This document shows positions 17,657 to 26,925 of a stretch of DNA of 35,184 bases, piece after piece. This DNA comes from a virus (lineage: Duplodnaviria; Caudoviricetes), in the IMG/VR virus record IMGVR_UViG_3300044623_001196, positions 1 through 35,184 of that record. The stretch is one strand, 5' to 3'. Numbering within the stretch: position 1 is the first letter of the stretch; every line of letters begins with the position of its first letter. The notes beneath the pieces were generated by a model, which was not told the origin of the DNA, made no database searches, and worked only from the letters and a program-made list of their open reading frames with translations. The position numbers and the translations under genes were made by a program.

Positions 17657-18841
17657 ATGGCTGCTAATTTGCAAGGAAGTGGAGGGTTTAGTGGACTAGC
17701 TGTTCCTTTACCCGGACTTTTGTTTTCAAAGAACGAGTATGGTAAACTTACTGATGCTCTTTTTGATTGCGAGAGGAGTACTGAAGTTTGCTCAATAGGG
17801 GACGAGAGCCAGCTAGCTCTTTCAAGGAAAGGCGCTACTGCAGCGGGAGAGCGGATGTCGTGGCTAGCAGTCAGACAAGTGTGTAAGATACTATCAGCCG
17901 GCTTGTCTGCTTCGTTGTCTGATTTGCTAGGAATGAAGAGGCAGGAAGCCAATCTTGCCTCTTCAAGAAATATAGCTGATCCTGATGAAGACTTTAATGT
18001 GAGCGAAGCGGCTGCTTTATATAATCTTGTTCTTAAAAAAAGATTTGGAAGGCTATTTGGCTGTAGGTATTTAAAGAACACCGATACCAAAGTCATAGAA
18101 TCTGTGGTGGGTGGTCGTTATACTAGAATATCTAATTCTGATTTCTTGTCTATAATTTCCAGTGTTTTGGAATCCTGTGAGCCTAAGTATAACTTTCACT
18201 CTGCATCTGTATCTGGAAGAAAGCTTTGCTTAACTTATTCTAAGGCTAAGAGCCTGCCTTGCGGTTTAACCTTAGGAATAAAAATTATAAATAGTGAAAT
18301 AGGTGACTCGTCTATAAAGGCATCTATAGCTTTAATAGACGGTAATGGTAATACCATGACGTCTTCTTACGATAAGTTGTCTAGGGTATCCCATTCTGGA
18401 AGGGACCTATCTAACAAAGTATCTAAATTAATAGGAGACGTGTTAGAGAAGTCAGGGGCTTCTGTTTATAGTGAAGAGGCTTTAAGTCTTAGGATAAGCG
18501 AAGCTGGATCTAAGCTTTTAGGGTTTACTGGCGATAACGAAGACAGCGCCAAGTTCTATAGGTTGATTGATTTTTTAAATACAAAAAATGGTTTAACTTA
18601 TTCAATGGCAAAGAGATGCATTTCAGCAACATTGACTGGAAGCAGTGCGGACACGCACAACTTTAATATGCTGGACAGGTCAAAGCTTTGGCCATTGAAG
18701 TCGGCAATGTCTTTAGTGTTTTCAATCATGAATGAAAGCCGCATTAATTTTGCGGATAATTTTTACCTTAGGGACAGGTTTGAAAAGGTTGCTTGGGGTA
18801 TTTTTTTTAATAAACTAAAAATACCTACTTCTGATTTGTAG
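17657..18841 (+). CDS. DUF932/DUF945-like protein
   Basis: SVVGGRYTRISNSDF and GIKIINSEIGDSSI motifs are typical of this phage/plasmid family. Confidence 0.6.
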   Translation: MAANLQGSGGFSGLAVPLPGLLFSKNEYGKLTDALFDCERSTEVCSIGDESQLALSRKGATAAGERMSWLAVRQVCKILSAGLSASLSDLLGMKRQEANLASSRNIADPDEDFNVSEAAALYNLVLKKRFGRLFGCRYLKNTDTKVIESVVGGRYTRISNSDFLSIISSVLESCEPKYNFHSASVSGRKLCLTYSKAKSLPCGLTLGIKIINSEIGDSSIKASIALIDGNGNTMTSSYDKLSRVSHSGRDLSNKVSKLIGDVLEKSGASVYSEEALSLRISEAGSKLLGFTGDNEDSAKFYRLIDFLNTKNGLTYSMAKRCISATLTGSSADTHNFNMLDRSKLWPLKSAMSLVFSIMNESRINFADNFYLRDRFEKVAWGIFFNKLKIPTSDL

Positions 18842-18876
18842 GTTTGTGTATGATTTTTTTTAACTAAAGGAGAGCC

Positions 18877-19767
18877 ATGAGCATTAATAAGTTATCTACT
18901 ATTGAAGACAGCACTAAAAAAATAGCGAACATTCAGGAGGTTAAGGAGATGTCTCCAGTTGACGCTATAAACTCAATGGACCCTCTGCTGCGTAAAGTGT
19001 ACGACGCAGAGGTGGAGGCTTACAGAGAGTTCAGAGGCGACTACGTAATGTTTAATTACGCTAGGGGTAAGGTAGCTTCAGAAATACTAAATAATCCGAA
19101 ACATGGGGCAGGGGCCATAGAGAAGTTATCTATTGCCTTGTCCGTTGATAAGAGCACCATGTATAAGACGGTAGTTTTTAATTCAATGTACGAGGAGGAT
19201 GATTTAAAGGAAGTTCTTCATAAGGCAAAGAGTAATGAGTTTAATTTAACTTGGTCTCATTTCGCAGCCGCTGTGCATGTACCTTGCTCTACTAAACCAG
19301 GACAGGACCCACATGAAGGGCGCAAGGAAGTTATAGACTTCGCCATCGAGAAGCAGCTTTCTGTTAGGGATTTAACTGAGCACATTAAGGACAGTTTTGG
19401 TGCAGCAGCAGATAGGGGTAAGCCGATTCCAGAGGCTAGAGTTAATAACTCAGTACGCAAGTTAAATTCGTCATTCAAAAGATTTAATAATAAGTGCATG
19501 TCTGATTTTAAATTCTTAGAGGAGCACTTTCACGAAGTAGTTTCTAAGTCAGAAGATTTGGAAGGAATAAAAGAATCGCTTGCTTCTTTATTTACTGACA
19601 TGTCTGTGCTTAGAGAGAACCTTAAAAACTGGGTTGAGTATATGGAGTCTATTCCTGCTCAGTTAGAGAAAGAGAAGAACGCGCGTATAGCGGACAATGC
19701 AAATAACAACGGCATAACAATCATAGGAGTAAAGCCGCAAGCTAAGCCCGAAAGGTCTAACGCATGA
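18877..19767 (+). CDS. DUF1016 (YhcG) N-terminal-like domain protein with C-terminal coiled coil
   Basis: LTWSHF...R...FAIEKQLSVRDL...I matches the LSWSH...WSVR.L pattern; no nuclease domain is visible. Confidence 0.55.
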   Translation: MSINKLSTIEDSTKKIANIQEVKEMSPVDAINSMDPLLRKVYDAEVEAYREFRGDYVMFNYARGKVASEILNNPKHGAGAIEKLSIALSVDKSTMYKTVVFNSMYEEDDLKEVLHKAKSNEFNLTWSHFAAAVHVPCSTKPGQDPHEGRKEVIDFAIEKQLSVRDLTEHIKDSFGAAADRGKPIPEARVNNSVRKLNSSFKRFNNKCMSDFKFLEEHFHEVVSKSEDLEGIKESLASLFTDMSVLRENLKNWVEYMESIPAQLEKEKNARIADNANNNGITIIGVKPQAKPERSNA

Positions 19768-20456
19768 GTATTACCGTATGCTGCCTGCTTTACGGAGATT
19801 ACCCAGACCTAGCTCTAAGGTGTTTGGGTCCTGTAAGTAAGTTAAAGGGGAGTGTCTCTGATATTAGGGTAGGTTGTAATGAGGTTTCAGAGAGAACACT
19901 AAAAGTTCTCTCTGACACTTTACCTGTTGATAGTAGTTTAACTATTATAAAGGAAAGCCCTCAGATATATAAGTATCCAATGATGGCTAAGCTTTTTAAT
20001 GTTAAACCAATACTGAGTGATTACGTAATGTGGTTTGATGACGATAGTTATATATCGCATGAAAATCCGGAGCAGTGGATAAGGAACGTTGAAGATTTTA
20101 TGTCGAGGTCCAAAGCCGACATGGCTGGATCTTTATATGTGGTACCTTCTTCAAAAAACCAAATTGAGTGGAGACGCCTCCATTGCTCATGGTATACGGA
20201 CAACAATACAGAACATCAGTCTAGGTTTGCTACTGGGGGGTGGTGGATTATAAAATCTGACGTTATTAAAAAGTATGGGTGGCCTCACCCTATGCTTGTA
20301 CACAGAGGAGGTGACGCTCTCTTAGGGGAGCTCATGAGAAGTCAAAATTTAAAGTTAGCAAGTTACAGATCCGGAGTAGCCATAAACGCAAATTCTTTTG
20401 GCAAAGAGTCCGCTTCCGAGAGGAGAGGGTATGACGAAAAACCAATAGGGTCCTAG
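19764..20456 (+). CDS. GT-A fold glycosyltransferase (GT2-like)
   Basis: YVMWFDDDSY (DxD), FATGGWW and GGDALLG. Confidence 0.75.
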   Translation: MSITVCCLLYGDYPDLALRCLGPVSKLKGSVSDIRVGCNEVSERTLKVLSDTLPVDSSLTIIKESPQIYKYPMMAKLFNVKPILSDYVMWFDDDSYISHENPEQWIRNVEDFMSRSKADMAGSLYVVPSSKNQIEWRRLHCSWYTDNNTEHQSRFATGGWWIIKSDVIKKYGWPHPMLVHRGGDALLGELMRSQNLKLASYRSGVAINANSFGKESASERRGYDEKPIGS

Positions 20457-20479
20457 TTAAATATGCGTAGGGAGTTAAA

Positions 20480-21403
20480 ATGATTAATGTAGAGGTAGAT
20501 GACGATAAAGTTAGAGTATCAATTTCAAAAATAAATGATTGCAGGGAAAGAGTTATCCTAGCTCTTACACCATACATAGGAAATACCATTGAAGGAGACT
20601 TGTTTGATAGGGCCTCAGCTTCTTTAGGGCTATGCTTTCCTAAAAAATCTATAAGTGTTTTATGTGTCAAGAACATGCTAATACCATATGTAAGGGAGAA
20701 GCTTACATCAGAAAAAGCTCAGGTTCTAGCTAAGAAGATAGCGGGTAATATGGATTTAGTTTTAAGTGGCGTATCTGTTACCAGCATGGATCTTACTAGT
20801 AGGTCTGGATGGGGTTTAGTAAGAATAGGCGATGTAGAGGTATGCTCTAGGACCTCTAAAAACGGTAGCGTTTATAATGGCGCATACCTTAATTTAGAAG
20901 TTCTTTCTGGTCCTTGCAGCTCTGTAAAGTATAGGAAGTTCTGGTCTAAGGACATGATAAACTATGCCAAGTATAGAATGGGATTTAGCGCTCCTACAAA
21001 AAGAGACTCTGGAAAATACCCTTACTCTTCTGAGTACGGCCTATTCAATTTACATTTTATGGGGTTCTTTGATCACACTTGCCCGACTTATGATGGGGGT
21101 GTCGACTATACTAGGTTTCTATGCACTCCGTATTTGATTGCAAAAAACAAGGATATTATAAAGAAAAGACTGAGAAACATGCACAGGGGGTTTACTTGTC
21201 CTAAAGGTTATGCTGCTTCAGCAAGCTGCAGCATATGTCCTGTAGGCTTAAACGAATGTCCCGCAGCTACCCATAGTTACTCATACGTTCCTGGGGTATG
21301 TCCTAAGTGTAAAATTAAATCTTGGATGGATGCAGAAGATTCCGCCTATTGTGTAAACTGCAGAATATCGTTAAGCTTACAGATCGTAAGTTCTAATTTT
21401 TAG
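20480..21403 (+). CDS. Hypothetical protein with Cys-rich C-terminal metal-binding region
   Basis: CP...CSIC...CP..TH...CPKC...CVNC. Confidence 0.75.
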   Translation: MINVEVDDDKVRVSISKINDCRERVILALTPYIGNTIEGDLFDRASASLGLCFPKKSISVLCVKNMLIPYVREKLTSEKAQVLAKKIAGNMDLVLSGVSVTSMDLTSRSGWGLVRIGDVEVCSRTSKNGSVYNGAYLNLEVLSGPCSSVKYRKFWSKDMINYAKYRMGFSAPTKRDSGKYPYSSEYGLFNLHFMGFFDHTCPTYDGGVDYTRFLCTPYLIAKNKDIIKKRLRNMHRGFTCPKGYAASASCSICPVGLNECPAATHSYSYVPGVCPKCKIKSWMDAEDSAYCVNCRISLSLQIVSSNF

Positions 21404-21427
21404 TTTGATATATCGTGAAAGGGAGAT

Positions 21428-21937
21428 ATGGCTACCAATATTATAGGGCATCCGGACAAGCGTCGTTACAACCCTTCTAGGGATATAGCTTATTGTTGGC
21501 CTAATATACTTAAGTCTTCTTTAGATAGGGTAAGCGAGGGTAGCGGTGCTCCTTGGTTTATAGATCACCTTAATCTTAATAGCATAACTAACGAAGAGCT
21601 TTGTAAAGTTTCAGCAGGTTTAGCTAAATATATGGCTATGTGTAACAACCCCAATGAATGTCCAAGTGATGTTAGGGAAGCCATTAAAGCTTCGGGATTG
21701 CTCGAATGCGGTAGTGACGCCCGAACAATTGTTTATGCAGCTTTGGGCGAAACTATGTTAATAGCTTTTTTCTTGGCTATACGCGATGTACTTGTAGAGG
21801 ACGAGCCTTCTCCTTTATCGGATGCTAGGCTAGCTCAAAAGATCAAAGAATCGACAGATGCCATTACTAAGAAAAGAGATTCTTTTCTTAGTAGGGTTGC
21901 TATGTCTTTTAGATTACTTTTCCCCAGTAGCTATTAA
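21428..21937 (+). CDS. Hypothetical protein
   Basis: GGGAG RBS and open frame. Confidence 0.7.
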   Translation: MATNIIGHPDKRRYNPSRDIAYCWPNILKSSLDRVSEGSGAPWFIDHLNLNSITNEELCKVSAGLAKYMAMCNNPNECPSDVREAIKASGLLECGSDARTIVYAALGETMLIAFFLAIRDVLVEDEPSPLSDARLAQKIKESTDAITKKRDSFLSRVAMSFRLLFPSSY

Positions 21938-21973
21938 AGGATACAGATAATTAATACTCTTTCCGACAAGTGG

Positions 21974-22699
21974 ATGTCTAATACAGTTAAAAAATTGGGG
22001 GGTCTTCCTTTAAACTACGTTGTATTTGATGTAGAGTCTACTGGGCTGGATATGCACAACGATGTAGCAATTCAGCTAGGATATGCTTTAGTTATCAATA
22101 AGAAGATAGTAGACTGCTCTTGCTATGTAGCGGATTGGACTCATGGCCGACCCTCAGACTTCTGTGATTGGTTAGACGTTAGGATGAAGAATACTAAAAA
22201 AAATATGGAGAGCAAGGCGGGGGCTGGTTCTTACAGACACAGCCTAGAGAGAATGAAGTCTTCTGGCATTCCCGCATGTGACGCTTTTCTTAGTTTTATA
22301 GACACAATTGAATTTTGTAAATCCTATAACTTTAGCTTTGTAGCGCACAATGGTTTAAAATTTGATCAGCCTTTATTAGACAAGTGCGCTAAGCAGCTGT
22401 GGGGAGAGTCGTCTGGGTTTAATGTAGGGGAGAAGTATTTTGACACTATGGCTTTAGAGCGAGGGTGCCAAAGTATGATAACGCCAGACTCCTTAGATAA
22501 TTGGTTTTCTTTTACTAAGAGGATGATTAACGAAGGCGGTAAATTTTACAGCTCTCTTTCTAATCACTGCGACAAGAAGTACAACCTCATAGATAAGCAC
22601 AATTTAAGGGGCAGCGCCCACGAGGCTGACTTTGATTGCAAGCTTACCCATCATCTTTTCGAAGAGTTTAGGGTAATGGCGGAAAGAGGGGATAACTAA
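21974..22699 (+). CDS. DEDDh 3'-5' exonuclease (DnaQ-like)
   Basis: ExoI FDVESTG, ExoII AHNGLKFD, DTM and ExoIII AHEADFD. Confidence 0.9.
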   Translation: MSNTVKKLGGLPLNYVVFDVESTGLDMHNDVAIQLGYALVINKKIVDCSCYVADWTHGRPSDFCDWLDVRMKNTKKNMESKAGAGSYRHSLERMKSSGIPACDAFLSFIDTIEFCKSYNFSFVAHNGLKFDQPLLDKCAKQLWGESSGFNVGEKYFDTMALERGCQSMITPDSLDNWFSFTKRMINEGGKFYSSLSNHCDKKYNLIDKHNLRGSAHEADFDCKLTHHLFEEFRVMAERGDN

Positions 22700-23334
22700 T
22701 GAAGCAAGATATACAGCGTATTCCTGAAGCAATGGGTTTTAAGGTCGATACAGAAAAACCTTTAGGATCTAAGACTATACTGGGTTTAGACTTAGGCACA
22801 TCTTGCGGTTATGCTTATTGTTTTATTGACAAGGAAAGTACAGTTAAGCCTAAAATATATGCGGGTCAGCTAGACTTGTCAGCTGGTCCCTACGATTCAG
22901 GGGCTATAAGATTTGTAAAGCTTAGGCATTTTCTAGCTGCCATAAAACCAGATTTAGTAGCGTTTGAAGATGTAAGGTATACGCCTGCTAATACGGGGTT
23001 TCAAAGTGTAGGTGCCATCATAGCTAGAGCCGCTACGGCCTGTGAGTGGTTTGGTGCTCTAAAAGCCACTATGGCTACTTGGTGCGAAGCAAGGGGAATT
23101 CCTAGTACGGGTATACCTATAGGTACTATAAAGAAGCGGGCCACCGGAAAAGGGAACGCTAATAAAGTCGACATAATAACTGCTTGTAATAAAGAATTTG
23201 GAATGGATTTTGAGACTGATGGTTATGAAAACTCAGGAGTTGATAACATAGCCGATGCTGTATATGTATGCTCCTTGCTGCTGGAGCAGTATGGTGATGG
23301 CGTGCTTTTTGAAAGGAAGGCAGATTGTGATTAA
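22699..23334 (+). CDS. RuvC-like Holliday junction resolvase
   Basis: ILGLDLG, VAFEDV, IKKRATGKGNANK and DNIADA. Confidence 0.9.
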   Translation: MKQDIQRIPEAMGFKVDTEKPLGSKTILGLDLGTSCGYAYCFIDKESTVKPKIYAGQLDLSAGPYDSGAIRFVKLRHFLAAIKPDLVAFEDVRYTPANTGFQSVGAIIARAATACEWFGALKATMATWCEARGIPSTGIPIGTIKKRATGKGNANKVDIITACNKEFGMDFETDGYENSGVDNIADAVYVCSLLLEQYGDGVLFERKADCD

Positions 23335-24229
23335 GGAAATCCCCCTTAGCTTTTTAAATAACGAAATGAACCACATGGCGGCTCTTAGACTTTCTTTTTT
23401 GTTTGCCAACTCTGCTAAAGAGGACGTAAACAGAATGGCAAAAAAGTTAGGTATGAGCAAAGCGGAGGCTGCGGAGATTTTAGCTAGATTAACCAGAATA
23501 GCAGAAGCTCAGCCGTCTTTCACTTTACGTAATCAAAAAGATTTTTCTGAAATGTATAAAAGAGCAATATCTTTAAAAGTTAAAGTAAACAAAGTAGATA
23601 TGGGTAACGCTAAGCCATTAGTAAAGGTAATAGACAGGTTAAAGGAATGTTTTCGAATAGACGTAGGATATAAGAATAATTTATCTTCGGAAGTTCCTAC
23701 TGTTTTTTTTGGGGATAGGGATAACTTAGACGATAATATTAATTATATATTAGACCGCTTGGCCTCTCAAAAAATATGCGTGATGCATCTCAGCGGTAAA
23801 AATTACAATAGGACAATAAACAAAAACTATGTAAGATTTAAGCCAAGTGATTGGGTTGGTCGAGTAAAGTGTAAAAAAACATTTTCTGAATTTTTATCTA
23901 AGGCCAGTAAGTTAAGGCCGGTAGAGGTCGTTATAGTTGATGAAATAGCTGACTGTTATGCTAGGCCCGCTCCTGACGGCTTTTCTAATTGGGGGAGGCT
24001 CGAGGACGCTTTCTACTCTTTTGATTACTGTAAATCAACTACTAGACCAAGGAACATAGTATTATTAGCTTTTCATGTTCGTAAGGGTATTCATGAATCC
24101 TCTAATTCTTCTAACACCATGGATAAGTTTTTTAGTGTCGCTAACCCTATAACATGTTCACTTGAAGACGGTATCATTCACTTAGTGGACCGCTGCCAGA
24201 AGGTGTTTAGTTTAAAAAAGGAATTATAA
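23327..24229 (+). CDS. Hypothetical protein; possible N-terminal HTH plus degenerate RecA/DnaB-like fold
   Basis: GTG start after AAGGAAGG; MAKKLGMSKAEA; VVIVDE Walker-B-like strand; no Walker A. Confidence 0.6.
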   Translation: MIKEIPLSFLNNEMNHMAALRLSFLFANSAKEDVNRMAKKLGMSKAEAAEILARLTRIAEAQPSFTLRNQKDFSEMYKRAISLKVKVNKVDMGNAKPLVKVIDRLKECFRIDVGYKNNLSSEVPTVFFGDRDNLDDNINYILDRLASQKICVMHLSGKNYNRTINKNYVRFKPSDWVGRVKCKKTFSEFLSKASKLRPVEVVIVDEIADCYARPAPDGFSNWGRLEDAFYSFDYCKSTTRPRNIVLLAFHVRKGIHESSNSSNTMDKFFSVANPITCSLEDGIIHLVDRCQKVFSLKKEL

Positions 24230-24900
24230 TGACAATAGCATTTGGGAAATCTGAGCCTACTTTAGACAAACAAGCTATATTGTCTATTATAGGTAATAAC
24301 CCTAATACAGTTATAGAGGGTGACGTACCTGCTCAGTGCGGCGTACATTTCGGAAATTCAGACTTAAGCATTTCTGAACTTAAAAAGCTACCGGCTTTAA
24401 AAAAAGTAGAGATTGCTCACTCTATATCAGAACTCTCCAAAGAATTTGTATTCTTTAACCATACTATGCTTTTTTCAAAAGGTGGTCTTGATTTCGATAT
24501 TATTAGAGAATATCAAGCGTGGAAAGGCCGAGATGATATAGTTAACTATATATTGTTTAACCGACCATTATTCACGAATCTCAACTTTTCAGATGGTACA
24601 GGCAATCATGATAATATGTTATGCTTTACTAGTGTGGAGCATTGGGCTGAGATAGAAAATACTATAAAAGAGTTTACTATAATAAACAGGCCTAAGGATT
24701 ATTTGTTTACTTGTAGCATGACAAAAGTTGCTACCCCTGATCCCAAGAATCCTTTTTTAACTATAAACCCTTATGTATGGGAGCTTAACGGATCTAACAC
24801 TAGTTGGGGTTATGAGGGATGGCCGGTGCCTAGGCTGTTTAAAAAGCCATATGACATTAAAGCTCTTAATCTTTTAAATGTTATGAAGGAGATAGCATGA
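24229..24900 (+). CDS. Hypothetical protein
   Basis: TAATG coupling and AAGGA RBS. Confidence 0.7.
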   Translation: MTIAFGKSEPTLDKQAILSIIGNNPNTVIEGDVPAQCGVHFGNSDLSISELKKLPALKKVEIAHSISELSKEFVFFNHTMLFSKGGLDFDIIREYQAWKGRDDIVNYILFNRPLFTNLNFSDGTGNHDNMLCFTSVEHWAEIENTIKEFTIINRPKDYLFTCSMTKVATPDPKNPFLTINPYVWELNGSNTSWGYEGWPVPRLFKKPYDIKALNLLNVMKEIA

Positions 24901-25205
24901 GTGATACTGAAGGAAATCAAAATGGGTTTATATATAGAAAAACTAAAACTTTTATGGAAGACCGAGTATACGAGAGGCCTGCAGGCGCACCGCCAGATGA
25001 TTGGCGTCTTTTAAAGATAACAGAACCTTTGGACGATACTATAAACGAGTGGGTATTAAAAAACAAATTTACTATATCTACAGTATCCGCTCCCGGAATA
25101 GACAGTAGGTGGCTAAACAAGGATATGACTAAGCGTTCCGTCATAGTTGCTGTAACTGTTGTTTACGAGGGAAGCAAGGATGGAAGTTGGCCAGAGCGAA
25201 AGTAG
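24897..25205 (+). CDS. Hypothetical protein
   Basis: AAGGAG RBS and ATGA overlap. Confidence 0.7.
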   Translation: MSDTEGNQNGFIYRKTKTFMEDRVYERPAGAPPDDWRLLKITEPLDDTINEWVLKNKFTISTVSAPGIDSRWLNKDMTKRSVIVAVTVVYEGSKDGSWPERK

Positions 25206-25521
25206 TCTAGGTAATCCTTCTTATCATAAGTATCATCTTGTGGTTACTAGGGCTCATGGGGGTCCAGAGTGCCATACTTTTGATACTTTAGATGAATTGA
25301 AAGAAGCTCTAGGACTATATCATGGCCAGAGGGTATCTTGCTTAGTATTTGAAGGGGAGCGGTGGAATATCTCCACCTACCCTAGAAGACTCCTTAGACC
25401 CGATGGTTCTGTGGAGTGCGATATAAGCCCAGCGCCTAAAGAAATAGTTCCGGATCTAGATGGTTTTTTGTTTGACGACGCCGACGTTATTGATGACGAA
25501 GATATTGAATTTTTTAAATAA
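25180..25521 (+). CDS. Hypothetical protein with acidic C-terminus
   Basis: ATG at 25180 after GAGGG; open frame. Confidence 0.65.
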   Translation: MEVGQSESSLGNPSYHKYHLVVTRAHGGPECHTFDTLDELKEALGLYHGQRVSCLVFEGERWNISTYPRRLLRPDGSVECDISPAPKEIVPDLDGFLFDDADVIDDEDIEFFK

Positions 25522-25604
25522 CATTTCGCTTTTCACCTCTATTAAATTAACCCCATAAACGCGTCATAATTATATGGCTACTATAGCCATGAGGAGGATT
25601 ATGT

Positions 25605-26096
25605 ATGCGTAATTTTCTATGGGTGATAGTTCTATTGATGGCTATGGCAGCGGCTAGTTCCGATTTTGGGGCTGGGGCTGTAATAGCATGGCTAGCCTGC
25701 ATGCTCGCAAGCGTAGCGGCCAAGACTAGGTCCTCTAGGCCCACATCTAACAGAAGGGGCTCTAGAGACAGACTAGAGTACATAGAGCCGGAGGAGTCTT
25801 GCGTGGCTCCTCCTAAGTTCTGTAGAAGTTTGAACGGCGACCCTTTACAAAGGGTTCGCAAGTTCAAAAGGGTAGGCTCCGACCTCGTAGTATGGTTGGA
25901 ATCTACTCCAGTGGTGGTTGAAGTAAAGGCCCCATTGACTTGGAGTCAATGGGGTAAATCGCTGGTGGGGCTTACGCCTGCATCCAGCAAACCCCGTCCT
26001 ATGGGTCCCGTCAGGACGAAGGTAATCATGCCCTGGGACAAGGAGAAGAAAGTATGGAAGCTGTTCAAAGTACCCGTCAAGGGTGCACTAAAATAA
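25605..26096 (+). CDS. Hypothetical protein with N-terminal hydrophobic (signal/TM) segments
   Basis: Strong GAGGAGG RBS; two hydrophobic stretches in the first 40 aa. Confidence 0.65.
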   Translation: MRNFLWVIVLLMAMAAASSDFGAGAVIAWLACMLASVAAKTRSSRPTSNRRGSRDRLEYIEPEESCVAPPKFCRSLNGDPLQRVRKFKRVGSDLVVWLESTPVVVEVKAPLTWSQWGKSLVGLTPASSKPRPMGPVRTKVIMPWDKEKKVWKLFKVPVKGALK

Positions 26097-26779
26097 CAAA
26101 CACCCAAAAGAAGGTGGCCGCAAGCCCCTTCGATCTCCCAACCGATTCCGGTCTGGGGTGGGTTGTGTATACCCCTAGTGGGTTTACGCAAGTTTTCCCG
26201 TCTTACCCCTTACCGATGGGCAAGGTAGGGGCCCTAGTTCGATTCGGTGATCGAACGGTAGGCTTATTCAAAACAGACTCATCTGGGAAATGGGGGCTAA
26301 CCCATATGGGTGATCCAGTTGTAAAGAGAGGGTGGCATCGCCCTTTAAGGGATGCTTCTTTGGAGGCGTCTGTTAGGGCAGAAGCAATTCTTCTCTTAGG
26401 CGAACCTCCTCTAGACGCAGGAACTGCGGAAGAGCCTGGGCTCTTTGTCAGCTTCCCAGCTGATCAGGTGCCCTCTTTCGAAAGGGTTGTTGGAGGTCCT
26501 TTAGGGGTAGAACCTCTAGAAGTTTTTAAAGGTGACCCCGATGATTCACCAGAAGAGACCTACCTACATTTGGTAGAGGCTCATAGGTTTGGCGGCAAGG
26601 TCTTATTACCTAAGGCGATAATTTCGCCAGAGGTAAAGGGTACCCGCCATCTATACCATATTATGGGGAATCTGCTTTCTACCAGCGCTACGACTGGTGG
26701 CAAGGAGAGAGGTCAGATCTCATCGGTTCAGGTCTTCTTAGCAGACGATTTGAAAAGTCTTGGATTTTCCAAGAAATAA
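26054..26779 (+). CDS. Hypothetical protein (start uncertain)
   Basis: 241-codon frame ending just before a terminator. Confidence 0.6.
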   Translation: MEAVQSTRQGCTKITNTQKKVAASPFDLPTDSGLGWVVYTPSGFTQVFPSYPLPMGKVGALVRFGDRTVGLFKTDSSGKWGLTHMGDPVVKRGWHRPLRDASLEASVRAEAILLLGEPPLDAGTAEEPGLFVSFPADQVPSFERVVGGPLGVEPLEVFKGDPDDSPEETYLHLVEAHRFGGKVLLPKAIISPEVKGTRHLYHIMGNLLSTSATTGGKERGQISSVQVFLADDLKSLGFSKK

Positions 26780-26783
26780 AAAT

Positions 26784-26821
26784 AAAAAAAACTCTAGCAC
26801 TCGGTGTTAGAGTTTTTTTTT
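26784..26821. terminator. Rho-independent terminator, potentially bidirectional
   Basis: A8-CTCTAGCAC-tcg-GTGTTAGAG-T9. Confidence 0.9.
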
Positions 26822-26925
26822 AGCTATTGGACACGTGTAAATTATAAATCATATTGATTATGTACCCTAGAATCAGTAAAAGATAAGGTAGGCTAATATT
26901 ACACTATTAAAGTAAAGGCAAAAAA

